A DNA stretch of 63,421 nucleotides, filler included, from Licmophora abbreviata (lineage: Eukaryota): NCBI GenBank assembly GCA_900291995.1. It is 13 parts of 13 records of this genome, joined end to end, with 100 filler letters (N's around TTAATTAATTAA, not from the genome) between each part and the next. Parts side by side here need not be neighbours in the genome. Positions count along the whole stretch, not along the records: positions 18,300 to 24,673 come from OLMU01004211.1; positions 24,774 to 48,330 come from OLMU01004212.1; 11 more parts are not named here. One strand, written 5' to 3'. Below the pieces are notes generated by a model that ran no database searches, was not told where the DNA came from, and saw nothing but the letters and a program-made list of their open reading frames with translations. This document shows, one piece after another, positions 23,901 through 35,556 of the stretch. Both the position numbers and the translations under genes were made by a program. Numbering within the stretch: the first letter of the stretch is position 1; the number at the start of each line of letters is the position of its first letter.

Positions 23901-25396
23901 GCCTCGAAAGAGGTCTGCCACCGCCGGAAGCTCACCTCCGGGACCATATGGGTCTGCTCCTGAGACAGAGACTGGGCCTACGAGTGACGATCCTACCGAC
24001 TCGTCGGTAATAATCGACCCCGAGAGTATGGGCAGCTCGCAGGCAATGTCGTCTGATCCGGGGTACGCAGTCTCGGTCGTGGTGGACGTGAATTCAGCTG
24101 CACCGGGAGTAAGCGCATCAGAGACGAAGGATGCTGTGTATGTCCATTGTGATGCGTGTAGGGGACGCATGGTGGTCCACTCGTGTGGAAAACGCGAGAT
24201 CCCTATCGACTACGAAGCCATCGAAAGAGCGGAAGAAGAAAAGCGCCGCAAGCAGGAGGAAGAAAAGAAAAGGCTTCAAGCCGAGAAGAGACGACAGGCG
24301 GATATCCGGAGACGCGAAGCGAAACGATTGAAAAGGGAAGAAGCGGAGCGGCAGAGACAGCAGGAATTGAACCGTGAGCGGGTCCGGGTTCAGGAAATGG
24401 AGGAAGCCCGTCAAGCAGTCGAAGAACAGCGGCATCAAGCCGAACTCGTCAAAGAGAGAAGACGGGCAGAACTTTGGCAGCGGCTCCTGCAAAGCCCGCA
24501 GCAAGTAGAAACGGCGAACGCGTCAAGCTCGCCGTCGGTCCCTCGCGGGTGGCAGACGCTGGGACAGTCATCGTCAGGGCAGCCGAATGCCGTCAGTGCG
24601 GATTCGTCGTCAACCTACACCGGCAATTCTTCTGGATTGGATGTAGAGCTCGAACAAAACTCTTCGCAGAATCNNNNNNNNNNNNNNNNNNNNNNNNNNN
24701 NNNNNNNNNNNNNNNNNTTAATTAATTAANNNNNNNNNNNNNNNNNNNNNNNNNNNNNNNNNNNNNNNNNNNNCTTCTGGATTGGATGTAGAGCTCGAAC
24801 AAAACTCTTCGCAGAATCAAGCCCGCTCTTCGACGTCACGGAATGTATGGGATCAGCAGTGGGCTCCGGAACGAATTCCACCTTCCGCCTCGAACCGGCA
24901 GGTGACATCGCCGGCTTCTACGACACTCTATACATCGCCGTCGGTCCGGACAGCGTCGCACGGCTTTACATCACCCAATAATGACAACGTGACGCAACGG
25001 CAGGAGAGCTCCCTGCACCAGACCACACCACCCATGACGAACCAGAGCACTGCGGATCCTGGGTTAAGCCTGTCATATTCCGATCGTCAACGATTGACTT
25101 TGGAGAGGTGCACTTCAGCTCAATTGGGGACCGTCGAAGCTTTGGCGGCGCTCGCGAATGGATTTGTACAATCCCCAAAACCTACGAGTAATGTATCTGT
25201 GCCTGAATCAGCTACGCCTAATGAAGCCGCCTCGTCGCGACCGGCAAGCCTCCCTCAAGGGACCCTGGGGGCTCCAGGTCAACAACATGGCCCCTCTGCG
25301 ACCAATCAGGCACCTCCCAATGCGAACGGGAATCAGGTCAACAAAGCGGTCGATCGGGCGTCACACTTCGGCGTTGTTAAGGCCAAAGGAAACTAA
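20954..25396 (+). CDS. large nuclear protein: AT-hook, divergent WD40-like region with RBBP5/Swd1-like motif, CxxC..HxC site, coiled coil; apparent frameshift near 21950; spans gap
   Basis: KRRKVGRPRK; SDFPGIMYPPGYHVVDDNVEYLEDEDEVD; CDACRGRMVVHSCG. Confidence 0.6.
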
Positions 25397-25632
25397 TTTT
25401 GCAGGGGAGACAGAAAGAGTTCAAACCCAGTAGACTCGAAAGAGCGAATTCTTCATAGCGCAAGTCATAACTATAGAAAGCTACTACAGCTATATGTCGA
25501 CACAGCTAAATACCGGGACGCGCAACGTATGTATCCGTGCCATAGTCTACTGGATCCCCGTACCTGGTACCACACACGATCATGGAGATATCGACTCTTC
25601 GCGAGCGTCAGTTAGGAAAGCAATTGACTGAT

Positions 25633-28610
25633 CTACTTATTGAGCTTCTGCCTTGCTGGGTAGAGACGGCACAAGGTGCGAAGCTCCTCCACGTCGTCCA
25701 CCCACGAGCTTTGATCTCCAACGAAATACAGGTAGTTGGATAGGATTTCTTCTCCTGCACTGATGTCGCGCAGCGACTGGTCCAGGCCAGCATTTAAGTA
25801 TGGCAGGTGCCTGTCGATGAATGGGCTATACATGGAGTCCACAAAATTGTGGCTTTCGAGGGACATGTCCTCAGGAATATTCTCAATATCTGCCGTAAGT
25901 TCAGTTAGAACCGAAGGGTACCCCGTATTATATGTGCCATTGCAGCCGTGGTTCACAAATGTTTGAATTCCGCAGTCTACGCCAATGCCGAGTCCACCCT
26001 GTTGTACGACGTACATGGAAAGGGCACGAAGGGGTCAGTCAGTCGGTATTCAAATCACCTGACACCGACGCAACCGAGGTCGGTCGAAAACTTACGTAGA
26101 CCAAACTCCGAAAGCCGTAAGTTTCTCTGTGTTCGTGGACAGCCAACAGATCCCTTGCCTCCTTAAAGTTGTTCTCAAGTCCCTCCAATACTTCTAATGT
26201 CGAAGGCATAATTTGAACGGGATGGACGGAATCCTCCGCGCCGATATAGGAACCTTCAGAGATATCAACCTTCGCGAACACACCACGGCCCGACGCTACT
26301 TCACTCAATCGCACCTCAAAAGATGAACTTGGGAAATTGGGTATATCCGCATCAAACTGAAGGTCCATCGATGTGCATTCTTCCGGTGTTGGTTCTTGTC
26401 GACAAAACACAATCTCCGTAGATTTCGACGGGACTTGATAAGCTACCATGGTAGGACCATCAAAATACTCGAAGGGGAGACGACCGCTCTTTGTTCGTTT
26501 CGCACGCTGCTGGATTGCAACCTGCACTTCTGCTTCGTTGGCATACCAGCTAGCTCTGGTATCATAATCTTTGAATGCCACGGCGTAGCTCCAGGCACTG
26601 GAGAAGCCACAATGAGACTGCAAACAAGTACGCGTCAGTAAGCGCATGTCCCCATGCTAAACTTCGATGAAACCAAACCGATGTCGGACTTACTTCTTCG
26701 TATACATTTATGCTCTCAAATCCAGCGTCCTCCAGCAACGTAAAGAGTTTAGAACGACCGGCGAATTTTGAGGTATTCTCTGCAGGGTGATGGATTTCAG
26801 CTGAAGCTCCCAGCTGGATAATAATCATCCCCTCTTCAGAAAGCCCATTGTACAAGGCTTTCGCAAAACTCAGGTCGTCATAGAGTGCTTTGGCGAAGCG
26901 AACGTCTGTTTCGGGGTCCCTGTTAGAAGAAGAGCAAGCGTGAGGCGAAAAGACAGTGTCAGCGATTTCAAAACGGTGCAACGATCGAAAGTTCAGAGAT
27001 AACTCACAACGCATCCATAATGATAACATCGAGAGGTTCAAACAGCATCTCCCGGCCGCCATAGCGATCCAAGAACCATGCGAAAGCATCCCCGTTGACA
27101 ATACGAGCCCTTGGGTCATCGCCACACCAATCCGCGCTGTCCACTAGGTCGCTGCAATCCGACCACTCTGGAAGATACTCTCTGGATGCGCTCACTATGA
27201 CTTCATCAATTTCAATGATGGTTGCTTCCTTGACAGTATTGTGCTTGAGGACCTCACGAAGCGTAGACCCCTCTCCACCCCCAATGATGGCCACTCGCTC
27301 GGGATTGGAATGAGCAAACATCGCTGGATGGACCAGACCCTCGTGGTAGGCTGCATCGGCTTGAAGCCTTGACTGCATCTTGCCGTCTAAGAAAAGTATA
27401 CGATCGGGTCGAAAGAGTTCCGGGTGAAGTGACTCGTACGAGCCGTCCCCGGAAAGGGAACGTCGATACTTGGCAGCTTGATTGGTTCGTGGGATAATGA
27501 CGTCAAAGATATCGAGCTGCTGGTACTCGGATTGAATCGAAGCGACCTTGTGTAAAGCAAATGAACGAAGAAACGGCTAGTGAGATCAGCATGTGGGTAG
27601 GTTGCGTGGAATGATTGTTGGTGGAGTCTCCATCTTACCGATTTCTTCATCTCCAGGTCGATATCCCCCAATATATGAACACCCATGTCCCACGTCTCCA
27701 GCGGACCAGACTTGTGAGGCCGGAACCCTCGAAGCTTGTGTGCCCACTTAACTTGAACCTGCTCATTGTCGTCATCTTCCCGAGATTTCCTCTTCTGCGC
27801 GACTCCAAACAATCGTTCGATAAGTGGAACGACGGGAACCAGCGGATTGGATCCGCAGGTGAACAAGTCGAGCGTAATGACACCTTCAGCGGGCCAAGTA
27901 TGGAAGGACACATGACTCTCCAACAAGACACCGACGCAGCTGACACCTGCTGGCACAAGCCTGTGGCAATGATAGGACAAAAGTGTCAATGACGCCTCAT
28001 TGACGACGTCTACCATTGCTCCGGCAAGCCTCTCTTCTGAATTCAAGAAAGACCGATCGACATTCTTCATGTCCACGAGCAAATGCTGTCCAGCAGGCAA
28101 GTGCTCCTCGTCGTCGTCATCGTCATCTCCTTGGTACGTCTCCACTGCATCCGGATCTCTCCCCCTGGAACACTGTTTCGATCCGTCTTTTCTGTCGACA
28201 CACACATGATGCAGTTCCTCAAAGTCGTGGTCCTCTTCTTCACTGCTTCGCCGAATGAGAAGTGACGCGCTCGTCGCAGTACGTGCCGTGTCAAAGTTCT
28301 TGGACGTATATACAGTCTTTGGAACAGGCCTTCCCTTGCGTGCGATCGGGGGAGGCAGCGGGGCGTATCCCTCGGGGTGGGAGTCGGGACGATTGCGCAG
28401 TGTCGATTGGTCGGGTGGAGCAAGCAGGGCACGTCGGGGTCCTTCCAAGAGGATGATGCGTGCTGCGCGGCCCACGGAGAAGGCCAGGAGCACGGTGGAC
28501 AGAAGACCGAAGAGAATGAACTTGAGGGAAACCATGACAACGTAGGGTCTTTCTTCTGGAGGACGGGAAACGGTCGCCTCATGGCTCGCATTGCTGTTGG
28601 CTGCGACCAT
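25633..28610 (-). CDS. AdoMetDC-aminopropyltransferase-SET fusion (long-chain polyamine synthase type); introns 27547-27638, 26920-27007, 26618-26693, 25999-26095
   Basis: GQHLLVD; GVLLES|HVSFHTWP; LDLFTCG; YHEGLVHPAM; IIGGGEG; DVIIMDALDP; GRGVFA; FVNHGC; RDISAGEEILSNY; introns restore one frame. Confidence 0.93.
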
Positions 28611-29184
28611 CAGATTTTTGACTCTCGTTCGCGTCAAAATGAACCAGACTATCAGCTAGCTCAGGAGAGCTCTGAATGCAGTACTGCAATCAGATGAGGG
28701 GAGTAGTATGCTGCCTGGTGAGAGGCTGAACCGTTCGCCTGGGGTGAGAACGATGACGGCATGACGGCTTATCGCTCATCGTCGTGCCGCGGCTGCCGCG
28801 GTCTTATCTTTGCTGGCTCGGTCTCGACTCACTCGACTCAATAACCTAGCACCCCACAGTCGAAAAGGAAAAAGAAAAACAGGCTTTGCGTCCCTCGTCG
28901 ACTTGACTCACTCAACTCGTCTACTTTCTCGTCTCGTCTCGTCTCCGCCATGCTATAGCACCAACGAGCCTGCCAACAAAATTGTTCAGTGTGATAAAAA
29001 ATAAATATCGCACTACTTGTTACAGCTCTTGTGGTCCCCATGTTAGTGTAAGAAGCTCCGGATCCTGAGTTAAGATAGCGAATGGCGACTCGCCAGTACC
29101 TGTTCTGTACCTGGTACTGTTCAGGTTTGATGGGTCAACCCAAATCCAACGCCAAAGTTCGTGTTTCATATCTCTAGAGACAGA

Positions 29185-31934
29185 CTACAGCTCTCTGTCA
29201 TACTCAGTCGACCGTCGTTCCGCGCTTGGTCCGTCTGCTGGTGCCTCGATGAGTGTAGGCCCATGTCTTTCGCTAGCAACGACCCCCAAATGATTTCCCA
29301 GGATCTCTTCTCCAGATCGAATGTCTCTTAGTGCAACTGTCCCACTAGGAAATGGCATGTGAGAATAGCGCCTGTCGGCTACGGGATTATAGATTTCATT
29401 CTTCGCGAGACCCGTTCCCATACTCGTGGACTCGTCCGGAATCGTCTCGCCCACTTTCGATCCCTGGGAGGGAGCAGTTGTGACCCCAATGCTGGGGGTC
29501 CCGCGATAGCCCCGGTTCGCACTTGACGAGATGACAAATCCCGATTCAGAATTTACCTCCTCCGTTCCCTACAAGAAACGACAGCAAAATGAGATCACGA
29601 CAGCTGCTGCTTCTGGTAGCTACGTTCGACCTATTCTTGCAACTTACCTGAATGTGTTTCACGGTTCCATATTCATCCATGAAACGACCCAGCGACTCTT
29701 GATAAACTCCAACAAGAGAGTGACCTTTGAATTCGCCGAGAATATTAACGACGGAAGGAGAGAAATGAACGGGATAAACGGCACTTTCAAGATCCACGTA
29801 TGCACCTCCGGGAATGTCAGCAACGGCAAACACACCAAGGCGGTCTTCAAGCTGCCTGACCTCGAGGGATGATGCCGCAACATTCGGGCGTTCCTGATCA
29901 AATCTCCCAACAATTTCACATTCTTCTGGAACCGGTTCTTGTAGACAATATACATGCTCCCAACCTCGAGGGGGAATTTGATAGGAAGCCATGGTAGAAG
30001 CGTCAAAGTATTTGAGAGGTACCTCCCCAGACCTTGTATGTATCATCCGTCTCTGTATCTCAAGCTCGATCCGTGCCTCGCTAGCGAACCATCTCTCCCT
30101 GCTGCGGTAAGACTTAAAGGCTACCGCATAACTCCAAGGCCCGCCAAACCCAGCATGAGGCTTAACAAGTAATACATAGATTCAAAGAGAGGCCAACGTA
30201 TATCAGACATGCGCATCACATTCGACCGCCACACAAGAAAGCAAATGCAACGACACTTACTTCTTCAAACACATGTAAACTTTGAAAGCCAACGCTCCCG
30301 AGCAAGCGACGAATAGTAGCTCTGTTTTTGTTTTTCGATAATTGTTCTGGCGGATCGGTGTAGTCAACCGTTTCTCCGAGCTGCATCACAAGAACGCCGT
30401 CGGCCGGAAGCGCCGTGAACAACGCGGTCATGAATCTGTCATTGTCATATAGAGCTTTGGCAAATGGAATCTCACTCTCTGGGTCACTGCATTCAACAAT
30501 GCGAGAAGTGGGAGGAGCAAAGTCGAGCCAGTCAGTCAACGTTTCACAACAGCAGCAACATAGTCCATTCGCATTCCAAAAGGTAGCGAACTATACTCAC
30601 AGCGCATCCATGATAATCACATCAATCTTCTCCTCGTCCGATTCCGGATCGCTGTATCGACTGAGAAACCACCCGATCGCGTCTTCGTAGTACATTCGAG
30701 ATCTCGGGTCGTCTCCACACCACTCTGCACTTCCGACCAGGTCACTGCAATCAGACCATTCCGGAATAAACTCCCGCGACACGTTCACCATAAGTTCATC
30801 AATTTCCACCATGATTGCCTCCTCGATGGACTTGTGCTTGAGTATCTCTCGAAGCGTCGCACACTCCCCTCCTCCAATAATCGCTGCCCGTTTCGGGTTC
30901 GGGTGTGCAAACATGGCGGGCTGGACTAGAGCTTCGTGGTATGCCGACTCGCCGTAGCGAGTGGACTGCATGACCCCGTCCAAGAAGATGTATCGATCGG
31001 GTCGAAAGTAGTCTGGGTGGCGTGATTCGTAAGTGTCGGTGGTCCAGAGGGATTGTTGGTAGCTCCACCGATTCCCAACCCTGTGGCTGTCGCGCGGCAG
31101 AATGACATCGTAGACGTCAATACGCTGATAGGGGGTCTGTACGGTCGCAATCCTTTCCTTATATTGGGCATCTCCATCGGACACAATATACAATTCCAAG
31201 TCCGTCTGAGGAGCAAAGGCACGACCCGCCACGGCCCATTGGACAATGGATTCCCTAGAAACATCAAACACCTCCTCGAGCACGTTGAGTAGGTGTGCCG
31301 AATCCTGTCGAAACTCCGAAATGACATACAAACACACGGTCGACCCGTACTTCGGAACCGTGTACACGTGAATGTCTCCGCCGACAATGATTCCTGTACA
31401 ACCAATGCCACCCAGACGTCGAAAGGAGTGACAGGAATACGACAGAAGATCCAAGTCGGCTCCCCCGACAAAGTCAAACAAAGCTTGGATCAACCGATCT
31501 TGGGCATGATAGGCTTCGGGTACGTTGCGAATCATGACTTCAAAGTCGTGTGGATAGTATTGAACATCATAATTTTCTTCTTCTTCTGGCTCATCATCAT
31601 CGTCATCACTTTCGTCCTCGTCCTCGTCATCGTCATAATGCTCTTCTGCCCACTCGATTCTCTCTGCTATAGTCTCCTCGGCACACTGCTCCAAAGGATT
31701 GTCGCGCGAGCCGCAGAGATGAACCCAGTCGCCAGCACTACGAATGTTCATGGCAGTGGTCGTCTCTTGCATTGTCGTCTCATGCATTGTTGTTGCTATC
31801 TGTCGTCCAGCATGGAATGCGAGAGACATTGTCAGTATCAATGACACGAGCACGGTTGGCAGTGATATAGATCTGCCGCGTGAAGTTAAAGTGCGGTCAG
31901 CATTGTTGGTAGATGTGGATCTTTCTGGACTCAT
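29185..31934 (-). CDS. paralogous aminopropyltransferase fusion with degenerate AdoMetDC and SET domains; introns 30487-30600, 30161-30260, 29569-29647
   Basis: YHEALVQPAM, IIGGGEC, DVIIMDALDP retained; AdoMetDC site reads GIIVGGDIHVYT; SET reads ANRGY and EILGNH. Confidence 0.9.
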
Positions 31935-32488
31935 TGTTCAATTTTTTTCTTCGGGTTTGTCCTTGTTGCTCATCACAGTGCGGTGGCACAAGTCTTCTTC
32001 TTCTTCTTCTTCTTCGTATTGCACTACCCGGTAACACGGTAGGCTGTCGTATATATGAACCTGATCGCTTTGCAGCGTTGACGATGATGAGAGAGAGTGT
32101 GAGTAAAGCTTGGTCGCGGCGAGCGGAACTTCAAACTTGCGAATTTGCAAATTTGGCTTGGTTCGAAAAACTGGGTGAAATTGACCCGAAAGTATGCTCG
32201 AGCTTAATGCACGAATGAAATATTATACTCTATTTGGTACGCAAACCTTGTAAACGAATACCGGTATGAAAATTTTCAATATAAAATACGCATAAACATT
32301 TAGGGACTAGGCCGTTCAACGGTTGAAGCGCGTGGGGCCCGCTCTCTAAATTTGGCCGGCCACATCTCGCCACCCGAAAAGCGTCAAAAACCAGACAACA
32401 CACACAAGACAGGGCAGACAGCGTTTCCTTCGAGTCAGTCAGTCGACTTGTACGATACATTCATGCTACCTAATCTCTCCTTTCTACC

Positions 32489-35382
32489 ATGGCAGACGCG
32501 ATGAACTCGACCTTCGGGACCGACGATGACGACGGCTTTGTCGGTTACGTGCCCACAACGACCGATCCAGGGATTGCCATCGTGCTTGCCACGGCAATCT
32601 TTTGCTTCTTGTCCAATGCCATTTTACCCTGCCTCGTCAGTCTGGGACGACGCTACGAAAAGCGACGTCTTGCGGCAGTGCAAGTCAAAGAGGAACAACG
32701 AGAAGAAGCGGTAATGATAGAGCAAGGCAAGCCAGCAGGAGAGGACGCACAGGCCGAGCAGTCGCACATGGAAGACGGTATCTCGGTCACGTACTCGTCC
32801 TTTCAGCGAGGGACTGCGACCACTCCTGTGGTCGAAAAGCCAATTTCGGCATTGCAGAATGTCTTTGATAAGGTATGTACATATCCAAACAACACGAACC
32901 AAAAACTAGTGTTTGTCGATTTTTTTATCTCTCAGAATCCAAATCATTCAAACTGCTATGCATACATCATCGACTGCTCTTAGATCATCATGCCTCCGTA
33001 CCCCGATGACAACTCGGTCCTCCGTGGAGGAGCAGGGTCGACTCTCTCCATGGCCAACAAGAGTGCACTTTCCACCGGAGCTCAGTCCCAAGTCAGTTAC
33101 AGTGCTTCGGCCATTTCTCACGCGGCCACCACCGTGCTCGACGCTCCCGGAAAGAGAACTCGTGGATATGCCCGACAGCGACGTGCCCTCATGGACCGTG
33201 CACGGTGGATGGAAGATGCTCGCCGAGAGGCGGAACGAGACAGACAACCACAAGTCATGGACGATCGACTGCCCGCGACGGCCAACGAACTCGCCAGTAG
33301 GAATCCTCGTCGCAAAAATCATCCCGTCGACACTGCCTCATCGTCGCTTCCTGGAATGACTGCCAGTGAACTTGCCGGTGTACCAAAGAGTCAGCGGCTG
33401 CAAGCGGCTTCGTCCATTGCTGGAGGCAAGGCGACAAGCGAACTAGCAACCCGACGTGGTGCCTCGGATACTATGAATCGCAGCGAGGTGGGGTCGCGTC
33501 TGACCACCACCTCGTCATCCTACGTCCGTGGGGGTCGTCGTCGTCGTCGTCGAGGACCCGCCAGCAGCCTTCTTTCCTCGTTACGACGAGACCAATCTCC
33601 GGAACCCTCCGTTTTGAGCAAGCTGGAAGATCACGTCGTGTCGCCCATGGATGCTCCGGATGCCTATGATCCTGGTCGTCCCAAACCAGCCACCATGATG
33701 GCAGGGGATGAGGAACTGGATCTGTGTTGTGGACAGCATGCGTGGTGGAAACCTGCCATGATGGGGAGAGGTCTTGATACACTTATATCCTATGGTGAAT
33801 GGGACAGGGAAATGAAGCGTATCGTCTCCATTTCACTGTCCCTGTCCGTGGAAGGGTTCTTGATCGGACTGGTGGACACTCTTACTGTGGGGATCGTTGC
33901 TGCGTATATTGGAACGGATGCGGTGGCGGCATACACCATTGTCGGGCTTGTCCTGGGGGGACTTCCGTCCGAGTTCTTTGGAGGATTCCAGGCTTCTGTT
34001 GGTGTACTCTGTCCTCAGGCGTATGGAGTAGGAAGCGACAGGCTCGCTGGACAATACGTTCAAGTGGGGGCCATCTTATATACTTCTTGCATGATTCCGA
34101 CAGCCGTGCTTGGCGTGCTATTCTCGGATGACATTATGAGGTTGTTTGGATTCGATGATGTAACCGTAGATATTGCGAGAAACTATGCTCCCTGGTTGTT
34201 TGTTGGGGAAATCATTGGCGGCCTGAGTGACTGCTACCACGAGTTGCTCGAAGTTATTGGGCATGAACAGTATTGCATGGTTGTGGGTGTCACGGAATAT
34301 CTTGTTGGATTTGTAATTATCCTTTCTGTCGTCCTCACCCAGGACAATGTTACGCTGAGAGATGTCGGTATCATTCATACCATCACGTCCATCTTCTTTT
34401 CAATTGCCAGTGTGATGTTTGTGGTGTGGAAAAAATGGATGGTCCCCTTTCATCCAGGAATCTTTCGTACCTGCGCGTTTTCTGTACGTGGTAGAGTGTG
34501 GCTCGCAGCCTGCTCGTGATTGTGCCCTCGCTAATGTCGCCCAAACCACTTCGTTTGTCTTTGCTGTGTCGCGCAGAATCGCAAGGCCGTCATGAACGTC
34601 GTCAACACCGCACTTCCTCTGTCTTTTGGGTTTCTACTGCAATACGGCGAGGTACGTCGTCTGCCATCCTTGTCTCTTTTCTTCTTTTCTTCAAAGTGAT
34701 TGCAACTCTCATTGCTGTCTTTACGCAACAGTGGGAAGTCTTGACTGTCTTTGCTGCCTTCATGGGTCCCGCGGAAGTTGCTACCTGGGGCGTCTTAGGG
34801 ACGCTGTGGGAGGCTTTCGAGTCAATGACGCAAGGGGTATCAGACGGAGGAGAAATTCGAGTTGCATACCACTTGGGTGCCGCACGACCGGCCCAGGCAA
34901 AGAAGGCAGCGTACAAGGCCGTAATTTTTGGTGTATTTATGGGCTGTCTCTTTACATCCATCATCTTTGTCTTCGGACAGAATATTGCCGTGTGGTTTTC
35001 ATCTGACCCCGCGCTACAGCACCTGATTGCCGATTTAATACCACTGATTGGCATTGGAAATATCAGTCTCACTGCCGGGAGTGTTGCTTGGGGTCTGGTT
35101 GGAGCACAGGGTCGATATCGGCTTGCGAACGCAGTTGCATTCATATCGAGTTGCCTCATCACTCTACCACTTGCGGCGCTCTTTACATATGGTATCAACT
35201 TTGATCTTAAGGGCTTGACCTCGTCTGTTGTTATTGGATACTCGGTGACCAATACAGTGTTGCTATACATTATGATTCGGTCGGACTGGGACCGTCTTTC
35301 AAAGATTGTTGTTGACATGCATGCGTCTGATGAAGTGGATGAGGAAGACGACAACGAGCAAGAGCTATTGCCTGTCACGTGA
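32489..35382 (+). CDS. MATE family transporter with long N-terminal extension; introns ~32873-32983, ~34484-34577, ~34651-34731
   Basis: IGTDAVAAY, LCPQAYG, WEVLTVFAAFMGPAEVA, IRVAYHLGA, GAQGRY; about 12 TM helices. Confidence 0.9.
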
Positions 35383-35556
35383 GCTGGACGTTGTCATACA
35401 AGTCGAGAGTGCCGTTGCGCTTCAACCACCTATTGTCGGCTTGTACCTTGAACCAGTGGCGGGCGCTCTAGAACGACAACATTGCAATAGCTTCAAGAAC
35501 AGCTAGACCGCACTTTCCGTGACTATTTTTTTTTGCTATTCAACTTTGTGTTTCAT

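Noticed and set aside
25633..28610. The AdoMetDC-aminopropyltransferase-SET fusion as a novel architecture
   Set aside because: Already described for diatoms; only the paralog degeneration and clustering are flagged
34602..35378. 258-aa minus-strand ORF (also 47514-48386, 9673-10269)
   Set aside because: Antisense to well-supported genes
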